In this document: in pieces, positions 1 to 10,067 of the stretch
Position numbering within the stretch: position 1 is the first letter of the stretch
Layout of the letters: every line of letters starts with the position of its first letter
Assembly (NCBI GenBank): GCA_964202905.1
Contig: CAXNJO010000001.1
Coordinates: forward strand, 576,001 to 640,000
DNA from: Polyangiales bacterium
Lineage (GTDB): Bacteria; Myxococcota_A; Polyangia; Polyangiales; JADJQN01
Direction: 5' to 3'
DNA length: 64,000 bases
Notes under the pieces: model-generated
Told to the model about the DNA's origin: nothing
Database searches by the model: none
The model's input: only the letters and a program-made list of their open reading frames with translations
Position numbers and translations under genes: made by a program

Positions 1-294
1 GCCGAGCGCCTCCTCGACGTTGTCCCCGAACACGAAGAGGAACCACAGGTTCCCGAGCAGGTGCGCGAGCCCGCCGTGCAGGAACATCGAGGTCAGCGGC
101 GTCACGAGGCTGCCCGCGTGTCCGCCGTGCAGCAGCACGTCCGGGACCACGCCGAAACGCTCGAGCAGCGCCTCCCGCTCGGGCGCGCCCAGCGTCCACT
201 GGTAGGCGTGCACGAGCACGTTCACCGCGAGCAGCGTGCGCGTCACGACGGGCGCGGTGCGCGTGCGGTGCAGGTCGCGAAGCGGGAAGAGCAT
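1..294 (-). CDS. Rhomboid family intramembrane serine protease (N-terminal part, runs off window edge)
   Basis: Manual translation from ATG at 294: MLFPLRDLHRTRTAPVVTRTLLAVNV...TPLTSMFLHGGLAHLLGNLWFLFVFGDNVEEALG; the FLHGG..HL.GN..FL..FG..VE motif is typical of rhomboids. Not in the ORF track. Confidence 0.9.
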   Translation of the reverse strand, partial: MLFPLRDLHRTRTAPVVTRTLLAVNVLVHAYQWTLGAPEREALLERFGVVPDVLLHGGHAGSLVTPLTSMFLHGGLAHLLGNLWFLFVFGDNVEEALG

Positions 295-306
295 GCCGCG
301 CCCCGC

Positions 307-2166
307 TCAGCGCGCCCCGGCGAACGCGGCGAGCGCCGTGCCCGGCGCGACGAGCGTGAGTCGCACGCCGCGCGCGTCGCGGGCGAGGGCGACGCGCAGT
401 GGCGCCGTCACCGCGTCGGGTGGGGGCCTGCCCGCCGAGGCCTCGGCGTCGGAGAGGAGCGCCCCCAGCGTGTCGAGGGCGTCGGGTCGGACCGCCAGTC
501 CTACGAAGACCCGCTCGGGCAGCGCGGCGAGGCCAGCATCCGGGCCCGCGCTCGGCGTGGCGTCCGACCCCGGCGCGGCCAGTCCGGCGGCGAGCGCGGC
601 AGCGCTGGTCGGCGCCGCGTGGGGCGTCCGTGGACTCGGTCTGGACATCGAGAGCGCCCACCGGTCCTCCCGCGTCGCGAGCGCCACGTGCAAAGGCGTC
701 TGGGGCACCGCCTGCCCGGCACGCGGCGCCAGCCGGGCACCGCGCGAGGGCGCGCAGGGATCGAGCGGCTGCACGCGCGTCTCGCCCACCGTCGTGGGGT
801 TGCGCGCCGCACGCACGCCCGGGCTCTCCGCGCAGCCGAGCGCCCGGCCCAGCGTGGACCGCATGAACGGCACGTCGAGCGCCGCTTGCAGGCGCGCCGC
901 GTCGGGCGCCGTGCCCGGCCCGACCCCGCCGACCAGCGCGAACGGCCCGGATTCCGCCTGCCCCGCGGCCACCACGAGCGCCCGCCCGCGCGCGCCGCCG
1001 AGGCTCGCGACGGCCTCGCCGAGGCGCGCGGCGTCGGCCGCGGGGAGGGCGTCGCCCGCCGTCGCCGTGAGGTCCGCGAGCGCGGCCTCCCCGAAGGCCC
1101 ACGGCCCCGCGGGATCCGCAGCGAACACCGCGCCGAGCGCCGCGCCTGCCGGCATCCGCGCGAGCGTCTCGCGCTCGACCTGCGGCAGCGCGGCGAGCGC
1201 GGTGCCGAACGGCGACGACGCGGGCACGTCGACCGTGATCGTCAGCACGGCGGCCCCATGGCGCGTATCAAGAGTGATTCCAGCCGCGCCGGCGTCCGCG
1301 AGCGCGTCGAGGGGCCCCATGAGGCGGCGCTTCAGCGCCAGCGCGAGGTCGCCGAGCTCGCCGACCGCGGGCAGATCCGCGCGCGTCCGCGCGAGGTCGG
1401 CCGCGGCCTGTCGGCCGTTGAGCGTGGCGAGCGCGAGGTTCGCCGTGAGGAAGCGCCGGAGGTCGTCCGCGATCGTGCCGGGGAGGGCCTCGGCGCGGAG
1501 CGGCGTCGCGGCGCCGCCCGCGGCGTCGGCCGTCGTGGCGACGCGCGGCAGCAGCGCGCGCCCGAGGTAGGGGCCGACGTCGTGCGCGAGCGGCGCGCTC
1601 TCGGCGCAGACGAGCACGTCGTCGATCAGCGCGAGCGGCGCGCGGCCCTCGGTGGGCGCGCCGGCGACCCAGCGCAGCCCCGTGGCGGGATCCGCTGCGC
1701 CCACGGGGACGTCCGGGCCGAGGGGCGCTGCGCCCGGGTCCACGCGGAGCCGCACGGCGAGCGCCGTCGCGAGCGGCGCTTCGGGGCCCGTGCGCGCGAG
1801 CACGAACGCGACCTGCGCGTCGTCGCCGAACCGTGGCCTCAGCGCCGCAGGCAGGCCGCAGAGGGCCTCGACGAGCGCGTCGGCGCGCGTCGGCGCGGCC
1901 GCGGCGAGCATCGGCGGGAGCGCGTCGCGCAGGGTCGCGAGGTCGCGCAGCCGCCCCTCGATGCGCACCGACGCGGGGCGCGCGGGGGCCTCCAGCGCGG
2001 GCGGTGCCGGCGGCGCAGGCGGCGTCGCATCGCGCGATCCGCAGGCACCGAGGGCGGCGAGCAGCGTCGCGCCGAGCCCGTGCACACCGCGCCGTACGCG
2101 CGCGTCCGGGGTGCGGGCCCGCGGCTGTGCGGGGCGTGCGGGCGTGCGGGGCGGGCGCGTCGGCAT
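307..2166 (-). CDS. Hypothetical lipoprotein (~619 aa)
   Basis: Long ORF with host-like codons; lipobox-like LLAALGAC; TAGGCT box 10 nt upstream of ATG 2166; 12 nt gap to the rhomboid. Confidence 0.7.
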   Translation of the reverse strand: MPTRPPRTPARPAQPRARTPDARVRRGVHGLGATLLAALGACGSRDATPPAPPAPPALEAPARPASVRIEGRLRDLATLRDALPPMLAAAAPTRADALVEALCGLPAALRPRFGDDAQVAFVLARTGPEAPLATALAVRLRVDPGAAPLGPDVPVGAADPATGLRWVAGAPTEGRAPLALIDDVLVCAESAPLAHDVGPYLGRALLPRVATTADAAGGAATPLRAEALPGTIADDLRRFLTANLALATLNGRQAAADLARTRADLPAVGELGDLALALKRRLMGPLDALADAGAAGITLDTRHGAAVLTITVDVPASSPFGTALAALPQVERETLARMPAGAALGAVFAADPAGPWAFGEAALADLTATAGDALPAADAARLGEAVASLGGARGRALVVAAGQAESGPFALVGGVGPGTAPDAARLQAALDVPFMRSTLGRALGCAESPGVRAARNPTTVGETRVQPLDPCAPSRGARLAPRAGQAVPQTPLHVALATREDRWALSMSRPSPRTPHAAPTSAAALAAGLAAPGSDATPSAGPDAGLAALPERVFVGLAVRPDALDTLGALLSDAEASAGRPPPDAVTAPLRVALARDARGVRLTLVAPGTALAAFAGAR

Positions 2167-2206
2167 GGCGGTGCCGAGCCTAGCAGCCGTGCTACGCCGG
2201 GCCGCC

Positions 2207-4168
2207 ATGCACGCGCGCGACCTCCTCGGGCCGGACGGGCCGCTCGCGCGGGCCATCCCCGGCTACGAGCACCGCGCCTCCCAGCTCGCGATGGCCGACG
2301 CCGTCGAGCAGGCGCTCGAGGCCGAGGGCGTGCTGCTCGTCGAGGCCGGCACGGGCACGGGCAAGACGCTCGCGTACCTCGTCCCTGCCATCTTGAGCGG
2401 TCGCAAAGTCGTCATCTCGACCGGCACGAAGACGCTGCAGGACCAGATCATGGAGCACGACCTGCCGCTGCTCGAGCGGCACCTCGGGCTCCCCGTGCGC
2501 GCCGCGTGCATGAAGGGCCTCGGCAACTACCTCTGCCTGCGCCGCTACGAAGAGTTCATGACCAGCGCCGACGCCGACCGCGCGCCCTTCGCGCGGCTCG
2601 TGCCCACGCTGCGCCGCTTCCGCGAGACGAGCGTCACCGGCGATCGCGGCGAGCTCTCGCTGCCGGAGGACGTGCCGATCTGGTCGCAGGTCGCGTCGTC
2701 GTCGGAGACGCGCATCGGGCAGCGGTGCGCGCACTTCGAGCCGTGCTTCGTCACGCGGATGCGCCGCGCGGCCGAAGACGCGCAGATCGTCGTCGTGAAC
2801 CACCACCTCTTCTTCGCGGACCTCGCCTCACGCGGCCCGCACGGCGGCGGCGCGATCCCGGACTACGACGCCGTGATCTTCGACGAGGCGCACCAGGTCG
2901 AGGACGTCGCGACGGAGTTCTTCGGCGTGCGCGTCTCGACGACGCGGGTCGAGACGCTGGTGCGCGACGCGCAGCGCGCGCTCGGAGCGGCAGGCTTCGC
3001 CGACGCGAGCGGGCCGCGCCTGCGCGCCGTGCTCGACGCGGCGGCGCAGTTCTTCACCGCGCTGCCGCGCCCGCCCGCGGGCACCGAGGCGCGCGCCACC
3101 GTCGAGCCGCGCGCGCTCGGTGACGCCGCGCGCGAGGCGATGCTCCGGTTCGACGCCGAGCTCGAGGCGCTCGCCGCGCATTGCAAGCTGCGCGCGGCCG
3201 CCGGCGAGGCCGTGGTGCAGATGGCCCGGCGCGCAGGGGCGATCCGCGACGACCTCTCGACCATCGTGGAAGGTGGTCAAGGCACGCGGCTCGCGAAGGG
3301 GCACGTCACCTGGACGGAGATCCGCGGCCGCAGCGTCTCGCTCGGCGCGAGCCCGGTCGACGTGAGCGCCGTCATCCGCGACGAGGTGCTCGGCCGCACG
3401 CGCGGCGTCGTCTTCACGAGCGCCACGCTCGCGACCGATGCGTCGTTCGCGTTCACGCGGCAGCGGCTCGGCATCGACTTCGAGGTCGACGAACTCGTCG
3501 TGCCCTCGCCCTTCGACTACCCGAAGCAGGCTGCGCTCTACACGCCGCGCACCATCCCGGACCCGCGCGATCCGGGCTTCCTCGACGCGGCCGCGGACGA
3601 GGTCGTCGCGCTCGTCGAGCTCACGGGCGGCGGCGCGTTCGTGCTCACGACCAGCGTGCGCGCGATGCACGAGCTCGCGCGTCGCTGCGTGCCGCGGCTG
3701 CGCAACCTCGCCTTCGTGCAGGGCGCCGCGCCGAAGGCCGCGCTGCTCGAAGGGTTCCGGCGCGATGGGCACGCGGTCCTCTTCGCGACGGCGAGCTTCT
3801 GGGAGGGCGTGGACGTGCCGGGCGACGCGCTGCGCCTCGTCGTCATCGACAAGCTGCCCTTCGACGTGCCGAGCGACCCGCTGGTCGCGGCCCGCACGCG
3901 GCGCCTCGAAGAGGAGGGGCGCGCGCCGTTCATGGAGTACCTCGTGCCCGCCGCGGCGATCGCGCTGAAGCAGGGCTTCGGGCGGCTCGTGCGCTCGCGC
4001 CGGGATCACGGGATCGTCGCGGTGCTCGACCGCCGCCTCACGACGAAGGGCTACGGCAAGGTGTTCCTGCGGAGCCTGCCGCCCGCGCAGCGTTGCGACA
4101 CGCGCGAGGCGGTCGAGGCCTTCTGGCGCGGCCTGCCGCGGGCGACCGAGTCCGAGCCGCCCTTCTGA
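2207..4168 (+). CDS. dinG: ATP-dependent DNA helicase, DinG/YoaA family
   Basis: Q motif (YEHRASQLAMA), Walker A EAGTGTGKT, DEAH box, FTSATL, SFWEGVDVPG, KLPF, QGFGRLVRS. Confidence 0.95.
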   Translation: MHARDLLGPDGPLARAIPGYEHRASQLAMADAVEQALEAEGVLLVEAGTGTGKTLAYLVPAILSGRKVVISTGTKTLQDQIMEHDLPLLERHLGLPVRAACMKGLGNYLCLRRYEEFMTSADADRAPFARLVPTLRRFRETSVTGDRGELSLPEDVPIWSQVASSSETRIGQRCAHFEPCFVTRMRRAAEDAQIVVVNHHLFFADLASRGPHGGGAIPDYDAVIFDEAHQVEDVATEFFGVRVSTTRVETLVRDAQRALGAAGFADASGPRLRAVLDAAAQFFTALPRPPAGTEARATVEPRALGDAAREAMLRFDAELEALAAHCKLRAAAGEAVVQMARRAGAIRDDLSTIVEGGQGTRLAKGHVTWTEIRGRSVSLGASPVDVSAVIRDEVLGRTRGVVFTSATLATDASFAFTRQRLGIDFEVDELVVPSPFDYPKQAALYTPRTIPDPRDPGFLDAAADEVVALVELTGGGAFVLTTSVRAMHELARRCVPRLRNLAFVQGAAPKAALLEGFRRDGHAVLFATASFWEGVDVPGDALRLVVIDKLPFDVPSDPLVAARTRRLEEEGRAPFMEYLVPAAAIALKQGFGRLVRSRRDHGIVAVLDRRLTTKGYGKVFLRSLPPAQRCDTREAVEAFWRGLPRATESEPPF

Positions 4169-4181
4169 CCGCGCTTCGCCC

Positions 4182-4586
4182 TCAGCCGATGGGCTCGACC
4201 TGGGTGGCGGTGCCGTAACAGAGCACCTCCGTCACGCCCGCGGCGACCTCGTTCGCGTCGTAGCGGACGCCGAGGATGGCGTTCCCACCGAGCTCGGCCG
4301 CGTGCTTGAGCATCAGCTCGAAGGCGTCGCTGCGCGCGCGCTCGCAGAGCTCGGCGTAGAGCGTGATGTTGCCGCCGACGAGGATCTGCAGCGAGGCCGC
4401 GAAGTTCCCGACGATGCTCCGCGAGCGCACGACGATCCCGCGCGCGACGCCGAGCGAGCGCACCGCGCGGTAGCCGGGCAGCTCGAACGCCGTGCTCACC
4501 ATGAAGGGCTCGACGACGCGGTGTGCCGAGGCCGAGAGGTTGGCGAGGCCGCGGCGCGCGAGCACCCCACGCGAATTGTCGGTCAT
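4182..4586 (-). CDS. YbjQ / UPF0145 family protein
   Basis: [13 protein letters not shown]...[18 protein letters not shown]...[13 protein letters not shown]....EVLCYGTA; alternative start at 4502. Confidence 0.9.
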   Translation of the reverse strand: MTDNSRGVLARRGLANLSASAHRVVEPFMVSTAFELPGYRAVRSLGVARGIVVRSRSIVGNFAASLQILVGGNITLYAELCERARSDAFELMLKHAAELGGNAILGVRYDANEVAAGVTEVLCYGTATQVEPIG

Positions 4587-4611
4587 GGAGGGGGAGGGTA
4601 CAACCGCGTCC

Positions 4612-6129
4612 ATGCACCGCAACGCGCACGCTCGGACGGTCTCGCGCCTCGCGCTCGCGTCGGCGCTCACGCTCCTCGCGTGCACGCCGCGTCGGCGCGT
4701 CCCCGAGGAGGGCGTCCACACGGGCCCCGCGTCGGCGTCGACGCCCGGGCGCGCGCCGGGCGGGCGCCGCGTCGACCCTTCCGCGGTGCGCGTCGGCACG
4801 AAGCGCGGCGTGCTCGATGCGCTCGCCGACCTCGACGACACGCCGGAGCCGCTGCTGCGGCGTCCGGACGAGACGGTCGGCGCGATCGCCTCGCCGGAGA
4901 CGCTCGACGTCGCGGCGCCGGCCCACGGCTGCGTCGCGCTGACGCGTGCGCCGACGCGCGCGCTCGCCGAGGGCGGCCCCGCGGCGATCGTGTCGACGCT
5001 GAGCGGCTTCGTCGTCGCGGGCTACCTGTCGGGCGTCGGCGGGGAGTCGGTCTCCGTGGTGCGGCTCTCACCGTCGTCGCCGACGACGCCGATCGCGACG
5101 CTCCCGCTCGGTGCGTCGTCCCCGACGCCGCGCGTCGCGCCGCCCGCGCTCGCGGCCCTCGACGACGGTCGCGTCCTGCTCGCGGCGACCGACGCGCGCG
5201 GCGAGGTCCGCGCGGGCGTGCTCGGTGTGAGCGCGCCCGCGATGCGGCCAGCGCTCGCCTCCATCGGGCGCGGCGCCGATCTCCGATTTCCGCCTGCGAT
5301 CGCGCCCTTGCGTGGCGGTGCGGCCGCGGTCGCCTGGACGGACGGCAGCGCGACGCCGATGCGCGTCCGTCTCGCCGTCGTGCTCCCGGACGGACGCGTC
5401 ACCGCGACGCACGACCTCACGCCGGAGTCGCTCGGCGCGAGCGCGCCCGTCGCCACACGCGTCGCCGACACGCCGGAGCTCGTCTTCCTCGACGCGCGCG
5501 GCGGGCTCTCGCCGGTGGTGCGCGTGGCGCTCGGCGAGGACGGCACGCCGCGGCCGCCGCAGATCGAGCGCCCGCTCAGCACCGTGTCCGAGCCCGCGCG
5601 GATCGCGGCGGGCCACCTCGGCGCGCGCCGCTTCGTCGCGTACACGGCGATCGGCCGCGCGGCGACGAGCGCGATCGGCGTCGTCGAGCTCGGGGGCACG
5701 CTGCCGCCCGTGCCGCTCGTGCCCGGTGAGGGCTACGGCCCGCTGCACATCGACGCCGTGAGCGCGCCGGCGGCCGTCGTGTTCGCGTTGACGCGGCCGC
5801 GCGCGGGGATCGCGCCGACCGAGCGCTTCCACGCCTCCGCGGAGGTGCGCCTCGTCGACGACGCGGGGCCCGGCCCGGCGCTCCCCGTCGGCGCGCCCGA
5901 GGAGCCCGCCTCGCACGTCGCCCTCGCGCGCGGCGACGACGGCACGCTCGGCGTCGCCGTCACGAGCGCGGCCGGCGTCTCCGTGTCGTGGCTGCGCTGC
6001 GCCGACCGCGGCGCGCCCATCCCCGCGCCGTCGCGGCCTGCAGCCTCCTCGCGGCCTGCGGCGCCGTCGCGGCCTGCAGCGTCCTCGCGGCCCGCTGTGC
6101 CGTCGCGCGCCCCGGGTCGAAGTCGCTGA
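4612..6129 (+). CDS. Hypothetical lipoprotein (beta-rich, possibly propeller-like)
   Basis: Signal peptide with lipobox LTLLAC; long ORF with high-GC3 codons; Pro/Ser/Arg-rich tail. Confidence 0.7.
   Translation: MHRNAHARTVSRLALASALTLLACTPRRRVPEEGVHTGPASASTPGRAPGGRRVDPSAVRVGTKRGVLDALADLDDTPEPLLRRPDETVGAIASPETLDVAAPAHGCVALTRAPTRALAEGGPAAIVSTLSGFVVAGYLSGVGGESVSVVRLSPSSPTTPIATLPLGASSPTPRVAPPALAALDDGRVLLAATDARGEVRAGVLGVSAPAMRPALASIGRGADLRFPPAIAPLRGGAAAVAWTDGSATPMRVRLAVVLPDGRVTATHDLTPESLGASAPVATRVADTPELVFLDARGGLSPVVRVALGEDGTPRPPQIERPLSTVSEPARIAAGHLGARRFVAYTAIGRAATSAIGVVELGGTLPPVPLVPGEGYGPLHIDAVSAPAAVVFALTRPRAGIAPTERFHASAEVRLVDDAGPGPALPVGAPEEPASHVALARGDDGTLGVAVTSAAGVSVSWLRCADRGAPIPAPSRPAASSRPAAPSRPAASSRPAVPSRAPGRSR
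6025..6108 (+). repeat. Imperfect 18-nt coding tandem repeat ([12 protein letters not shown], about 5 copies)
   Basis: gcgccgtcgcggcctgcagc recurs at 6025 and 6061; encodes the C-terminal tail of the lipoprotein. Confidence 0.75.
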
Positions 6130-6159
6130 TTGTCCTTTGATTACAAGCTTTTACGCGGA

Positions 6160-7158
6160 CTAGTAGCTCGCGGTGCCGGCGCTCGGCGCGCCGCTCGAGG
6201 TCGCGAGGGGCGCGCGCGTCGCGAACGCGACCTCCCAGCCGTCGCCCGGCATCAGCGCGGTCTCCGAGACCGTGAAGAACTGGAAGCCGCCCGAGGTGCC
6301 GGCCGGGAAATCCGTGAGCGCCGCCGCAGGGACGGTGCCGGTGAAGGTCGTCACGCCGAAGCGGCAGCGCACCGACACGCTGCTCCCGGCCGCGTTCATC
6401 CCGTTGAAATTGACCTCGACGTTGCCCGTCGGGCCGCCCGCATTCCACGCGACGGCGAAGTCCCCGCTCGTCGGCACGCTCAGCGCGACGCCGTCCGTGA
6501 GCGCCGGCATCGTGAGCGTCGCCGGGCTCGCCGACGTCACCATCCCGCTGAACGCGGGCACGCCGCCATCCGCGTCACCGGTCGCGCTCACCGAGAGCGC
6601 CGCGCCCGGCCCGAAGAGCGACATCGTCTGCGTCGCGAGCGGGTAGCGCGCGTCCATGCCCGGCTCGAGCGTCACCATCTGGGCGCCGCTCGTGACGGTG
6701 ACCGTCCCCGCGGTTCGCGCGACCGCGCTGCCGGCGCCGGGCTCGCACACCGACACGGTGCACGGCCCCTCGTCGCGCACCACGCAGCGCCCAGACTCGC
6801 CCGCCGGCGTCTCGTCGAACGCGGCGAGCACGAACGCCGCCGTGCTGCTGCTCTGCGCGAGCACCGCCCCGACGCGCGTCGCCTGCGGGCCCGCGTCCCC
6901 GGTGCTGGCGTCCCCCGCTGCGCCGTCGGTCGCGCCGTCCGTCGCCGCGTCGCGCACGCCCGCATCGCCCATGTCGCCGACGCCGAGGTCGATCGACGGT
7001 CCGCCGAGCGGCACGCAGCGGTTGGCCTCGCAGCGCTGCGCGAGCGACGCGCAATCCGAGTCGATCACGCACTCGGCGTCCGAGCCGCAGCCCGCGAGGA
7101 GCCCGAGCAGGGCCGGGACGAGCACGAAGGGAGCGGAGCGCGGGGACGCGATCGACAT
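6160..7158 (-). CDS. Secreted lipoprotein with an N-terminal Cys-rich module and a beta-rich C-terminal domain
   Basis: MSIASPRSAPFVLVPALLGLLAGC lipobox; CVIDSDC...CEANRC module; DAG-rich linker. Confidence 0.8.
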   Translation of the reverse strand: MSIASPRSAPFVLVPALLGLLAGCGSDAECVIDSDCASLAQRCEANRCVPLGGPSIDLGVGDMGDAGVRDAATDGATDGAAGDASTGDAGPQATRVGAVLAQSSSTAAFVLAAFDETPAGESGRCVVRDEGPCTVSVCEPGAGSAVARTAGTVTVTSGAQMVTLEPGMDARYPLATQTMSLFGPGAALSVSATGDADGGVPAFSGMVTSASPATLTMPALTDGVALSVPTSGDFAVAWNAGGPTGNVEVNFNGMNAAGSSVSVRCRFGVTTFTGTVPAAALTDFPAGTSGGFQFFTVSETALMPGDGWEVAFATRAPLATSSGAPSAGTASY

Positions 7159-7215
7159 AGGTGCCGCGCAGCATAGACGCGCGCCGGATTGCGAAGCAAT
7201 CTCCGCGCACCTCTG

Positions 7216-8409
7216 GTGCCCCGCGAGCCCCTCTTCGGCCGTCCGTTCCTGCTCGTGAGCGTCGCGATCTTCTTCTGCGGACTCTCGCTGCACCCCTACG
7301 TGCACCTGCCGGGGTTGCTCGAGCGCTACCACGCGTCGGAGCTCACGACGGGCGTCGTCGTCGCGCTGCTCTCGGTGTCCGCGCTCCTCGTGCGGCCGCT
7401 CGTCGGGCGCGTCATGGACGCGCGCGGCCGCCGCGTCGTCATCGTCGCGGGCGGCGCGCTGCAGCTCGTCGCGTGCCTGCTCTACACGTTCGTCGACCGC
7501 GTCGGCGTCGTGCTCGTCGTCGCGCGGCTCGTGCACGGGCTCGGCGAGGGCGCGCTCTTCGCCTCGCTCTTCACCTACGCGGCCGATGTCGTGCCCGTGT
7601 CGCGCCGCACGGAAGGGCTCGGCCTCTTCGCGGTCGCGGGGATGCTCCCCGTCTCGCTCGGCGGCCTGCTCGGCGACCTCATCCTCGCGCGCGGCACATA
7701 CCGCACGCTCTTCCTCGCGACGGCCGCCCTCGCTGCGCTCGCGCTGCTCGTCGCGCTCGCCCTGCCCGAGCCGCACCGCGCGCGCGGCGCCTCCGCCGAA
7801 CCCGCGCGCGGCGGCGTGCTCGCGGTGCTCGGCCACCCCTCGCTGCGCCCGCTCTGGGTCGCCGGTGCGCTCGTCTCCATCGGCACCGGCTCGGTGTTCA
7901 CGTTCATCAAGCCTTTCGTCGAGCGCGAGCAGATCGGCAGCGTGACGCTCTTCGTGAGCGCCTACGCCGTCGCGGCCATCACGCTCCGCGTCTTCTTCGG
8001 CTGGCTCCCCGACCGCGTCGGACACGTGCGCGTCTTCTACCCGAGCCTCCTCGCGCTGAGCGGCGCCGTCGCGCTCACCGCCCTCGCGCGCACCGACGCC
8101 GCGCTCCTCGCGGCCGGCACGCTCGCCGGGCTCGGTCAGGGCCTCTCGTTCCCGGTGCTCACCGCGCTCGTCGTCGAGCGCTCCCCGGCCGAGCGGCGCG
8201 GCTCCGCGATGTCCGCGCTGACGGCGGTGTTCGATGGCGCGCAGCTCGTCGCGGGCCCGCTCTTCGGGGCGATCGCGTGGGCCTCGGACCTGCGCACGAC
8301 CTTCGCCGTCGGCGCCATCATGCCCCTCGCGGGCCTGCTCTCGTTCTGGTGGCTCGAGCGCCACGCCGCGCCTCCCGTCGCGCTCGCGCCAGCGCCGTCG
8401 ACCCCCTGA
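7216..8409 (+). CDS. MFS transporter
   Basis: About 12 hydrophobic segments; motif A GRVMDARGRR and second-half GWLPDRVG; start GTG 7216 or TTG 7189. Confidence 0.92.
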   Translation: MPREPLFGRPFLLVSVAIFFCGLSLHPYVHLPGLLERYHASELTTGVVVALLSVSALLVRPLVGRVMDARGRRVVIVAGGALQLVACLLYTFVDRVGVVLVVARLVHGLGEGALFASLFTYAADVVPVSRRTEGLGLFAVAGMLPVSLGGLLGDLILARGTYRTLFLATAALAALALLVALALPEPHRARGASAEPARGGVLAVLGHPSLRPLWVAGALVSIGTGSVFTFIKPFVEREQIGSVTLFVSAYAVAAITLRVFFGWLPDRVGHVRVFYPSLLALSGAVALTALARTDAALLAAGTLAGLGQGLSFPVLTALVVERSPAERRGSAMSALTAVFDGAQLVAGPLFGAIAWASDLRTTFAVGAIMPLAGLLSFWWLERHAAPPVALAPAPSTP

Positions 8410-8474
8410 TCTCCCTGAAATCGCGCGCGATCCGCGTGCCCGTCGCCCGCCTCTCCGCGTTATCCTGCGCGCCG

Positions 8475-10019
8475 ATGCGCCGCCTCCCACACCTCCGCGT
8501 CCTCCCTGCCTGCCTCGCTGCCTCGCTCTCCCTCTTCGCGGCCTGTGGCGACGACGACGCCACCGCGCCGCCCGACGCCGCGCTCCCCGTCGACGCAGGC
8601 GCCCCCGACGCCGGCCCGCGCGAATTGCCCGCCTGCGACGAGCCCGCCGGCCCCTTCGCGCCCCTCGCCCCGCGCTGCCGCCAGCTCGTCGACGACGAGG
8701 GCCGCGTCGTCTTCCTGCGCGGCGTGAACGCGCGCGTCGACGGCGTCTTCGACGTCACCTTCGACGACGGCCGCACCGCGCTCGAGCCCATCCCCACCTT
8801 CACGGTCGAAGACGCGCGTCGCCTCCGCGCGCTCGGCCTCAACGTGCTGCGCCTCCCCGTCAACTGGAGCGCGCTCGAGCCGCGCGACACCACGCCGCCC
8901 ACCTACGAGCCCGCCTTCCTCGACGCCCTCCAACGCATCGTCGACGACTGCCGCACGGCCGGCGTCTACGTCCTCATCGACTGGCATCAGGACGCGTATT
9001 CCAAAGAGATCGGCGAAGACGGCGCGCCGCTCTGGGCCATCTCCCCGCCGCCCGAGATGTTGCTGGAAGGCCCGCTCCTCGACCTTGAAGCGCGCCGCAC
9101 CTCCGGCCAGGTCGGCGCCGCCTTCGCGACCTTCTTTGGTGATGGTGCCGAGGGCGCGCGCCTCCGTGCCCGCTTCGCCGCCGCGGCCGCCCACGTCGCC
9201 GAGTTCTTCGTCGGCGATGAGGCCGTCGTTGGCTACGAGATCTACAACGAGCCTGTTGCAACCGACTTGCAGGTGCGCCGCCTCAACGAGGAGGTCGGCG
9301 CCGCGATCCGCGCGGTCGACGCGGCCCACCCGATCTTCTTCGAACCGCCCGTCATCCCGCGCACTTTCACCGATGCGGCGATGATCCCCGCGACGCCCTT
9401 CGCGCTCCCCGGCTCCGTCTACGCGCCGCACATCTACACGCTCTCCTTCACCGCGACGGATGAGCAGCGCATGCGCTTCACGCGCCGCACGCTCGCCGAG
9501 AGCCACGCCAACGCCGAGCGCGAGGCCCGCGCGTGGGGCTCGGCGACCTTCATCGGCGAGTGGGGATACGGCCCCGACGCCGTGCGCGCCGCGGACTACT
9601 ACGCGACGCAGGCCTCGCTCTTCGAGGAGTACGGCGAGAGCTGGGCCGTCTGGCTCTGGAAGGAGCAGTCGCAGGGCAGCTGGGGTGTCCACGATTACGA
9701 CGCCGACACCGACACCTGGTCCGAGCGCCCCACGATCCGCCGCGTCCTCTCGCGCCCCCGCGCCGAACGCATCGCCGGCTGGCCCCGCACCATGCGCTAC
9801 GACGAATCCACCCGTCGCTTCGAGCTGCGCTTCGACGGAAATCCCACGCTCACCGCGCCGACCGAGCTCTACATCCCCGAGCCCGCCGACTTCGCCGCCA
9901 ACTTCGCCATCACCTGCGATGGTGCCGAAATCCCGGCTTCCCGCGAGCCCGCCACGGGCCTCGTCCCCGTGACGTGCGGCGGTGCCGGCCTGCACACCCT
10001 GGTCATCGAGGCGCGCTGA
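8475..10019 (+). CDS. Glycoside hydrolase family 5 lipoprotein, endoglycoceramidase-like
   Basis: Lipobox SLFAAC; GRVVFLRGVN, RLPVNWSALEP, DWHQD, DGAPLW, acid/base YEIYNEP, YAPHIY, nucleophile FIGEWG; C-terminal beta domain (RP..ERIAG.P). Confidence 0.88.
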   Translation: MRRLPHLRVLPACLAASLSLFAACGDDDATAPPDAALPVDAGAPDAGPRELPACDEPAGPFAPLAPRCRQLVDDEGRVVFLRGVNARVDGVFDVTFDDGRTALEPIPTFTVEDARRLRALGLNVLRLPVNWSALEPRDTTPPTYEPAFLDALQRIVDDCRTAGVYVLIDWHQDAYSKEIGEDGAPLWAISPPPEMLLEGPLLDLEARRTSGQVGAAFATFFGDGAEGARLRARFAAAAAHVAEFFVGDEAVVGYEIYNEPVATDLQVRRLNEEVGAAIRAVDAAHPIFFEPPVIPRTFTDAAMIPATPFALPGSVYAPHIYTLSFTATDEQRMRFTRRTLAESHANAEREARAWGSATFIGEWGYGPDAVRAADYYATQASLFEEYGESWAVWLWKEQSQGSWGVHDYDADTDTWSERPTIRRVLSRPRAERIAGWPRTMRYDESTRRFELRFDGNPTLTAPTELYIPEPADFAANFAITCDGAEIPASREPATGLVPVTCGGAGLHTLVIEAR

Positions 10020-10067
10020 ATGCGCGATTCACGCGCAGACATCACCAGGCAGGATGTGAATACCCCC

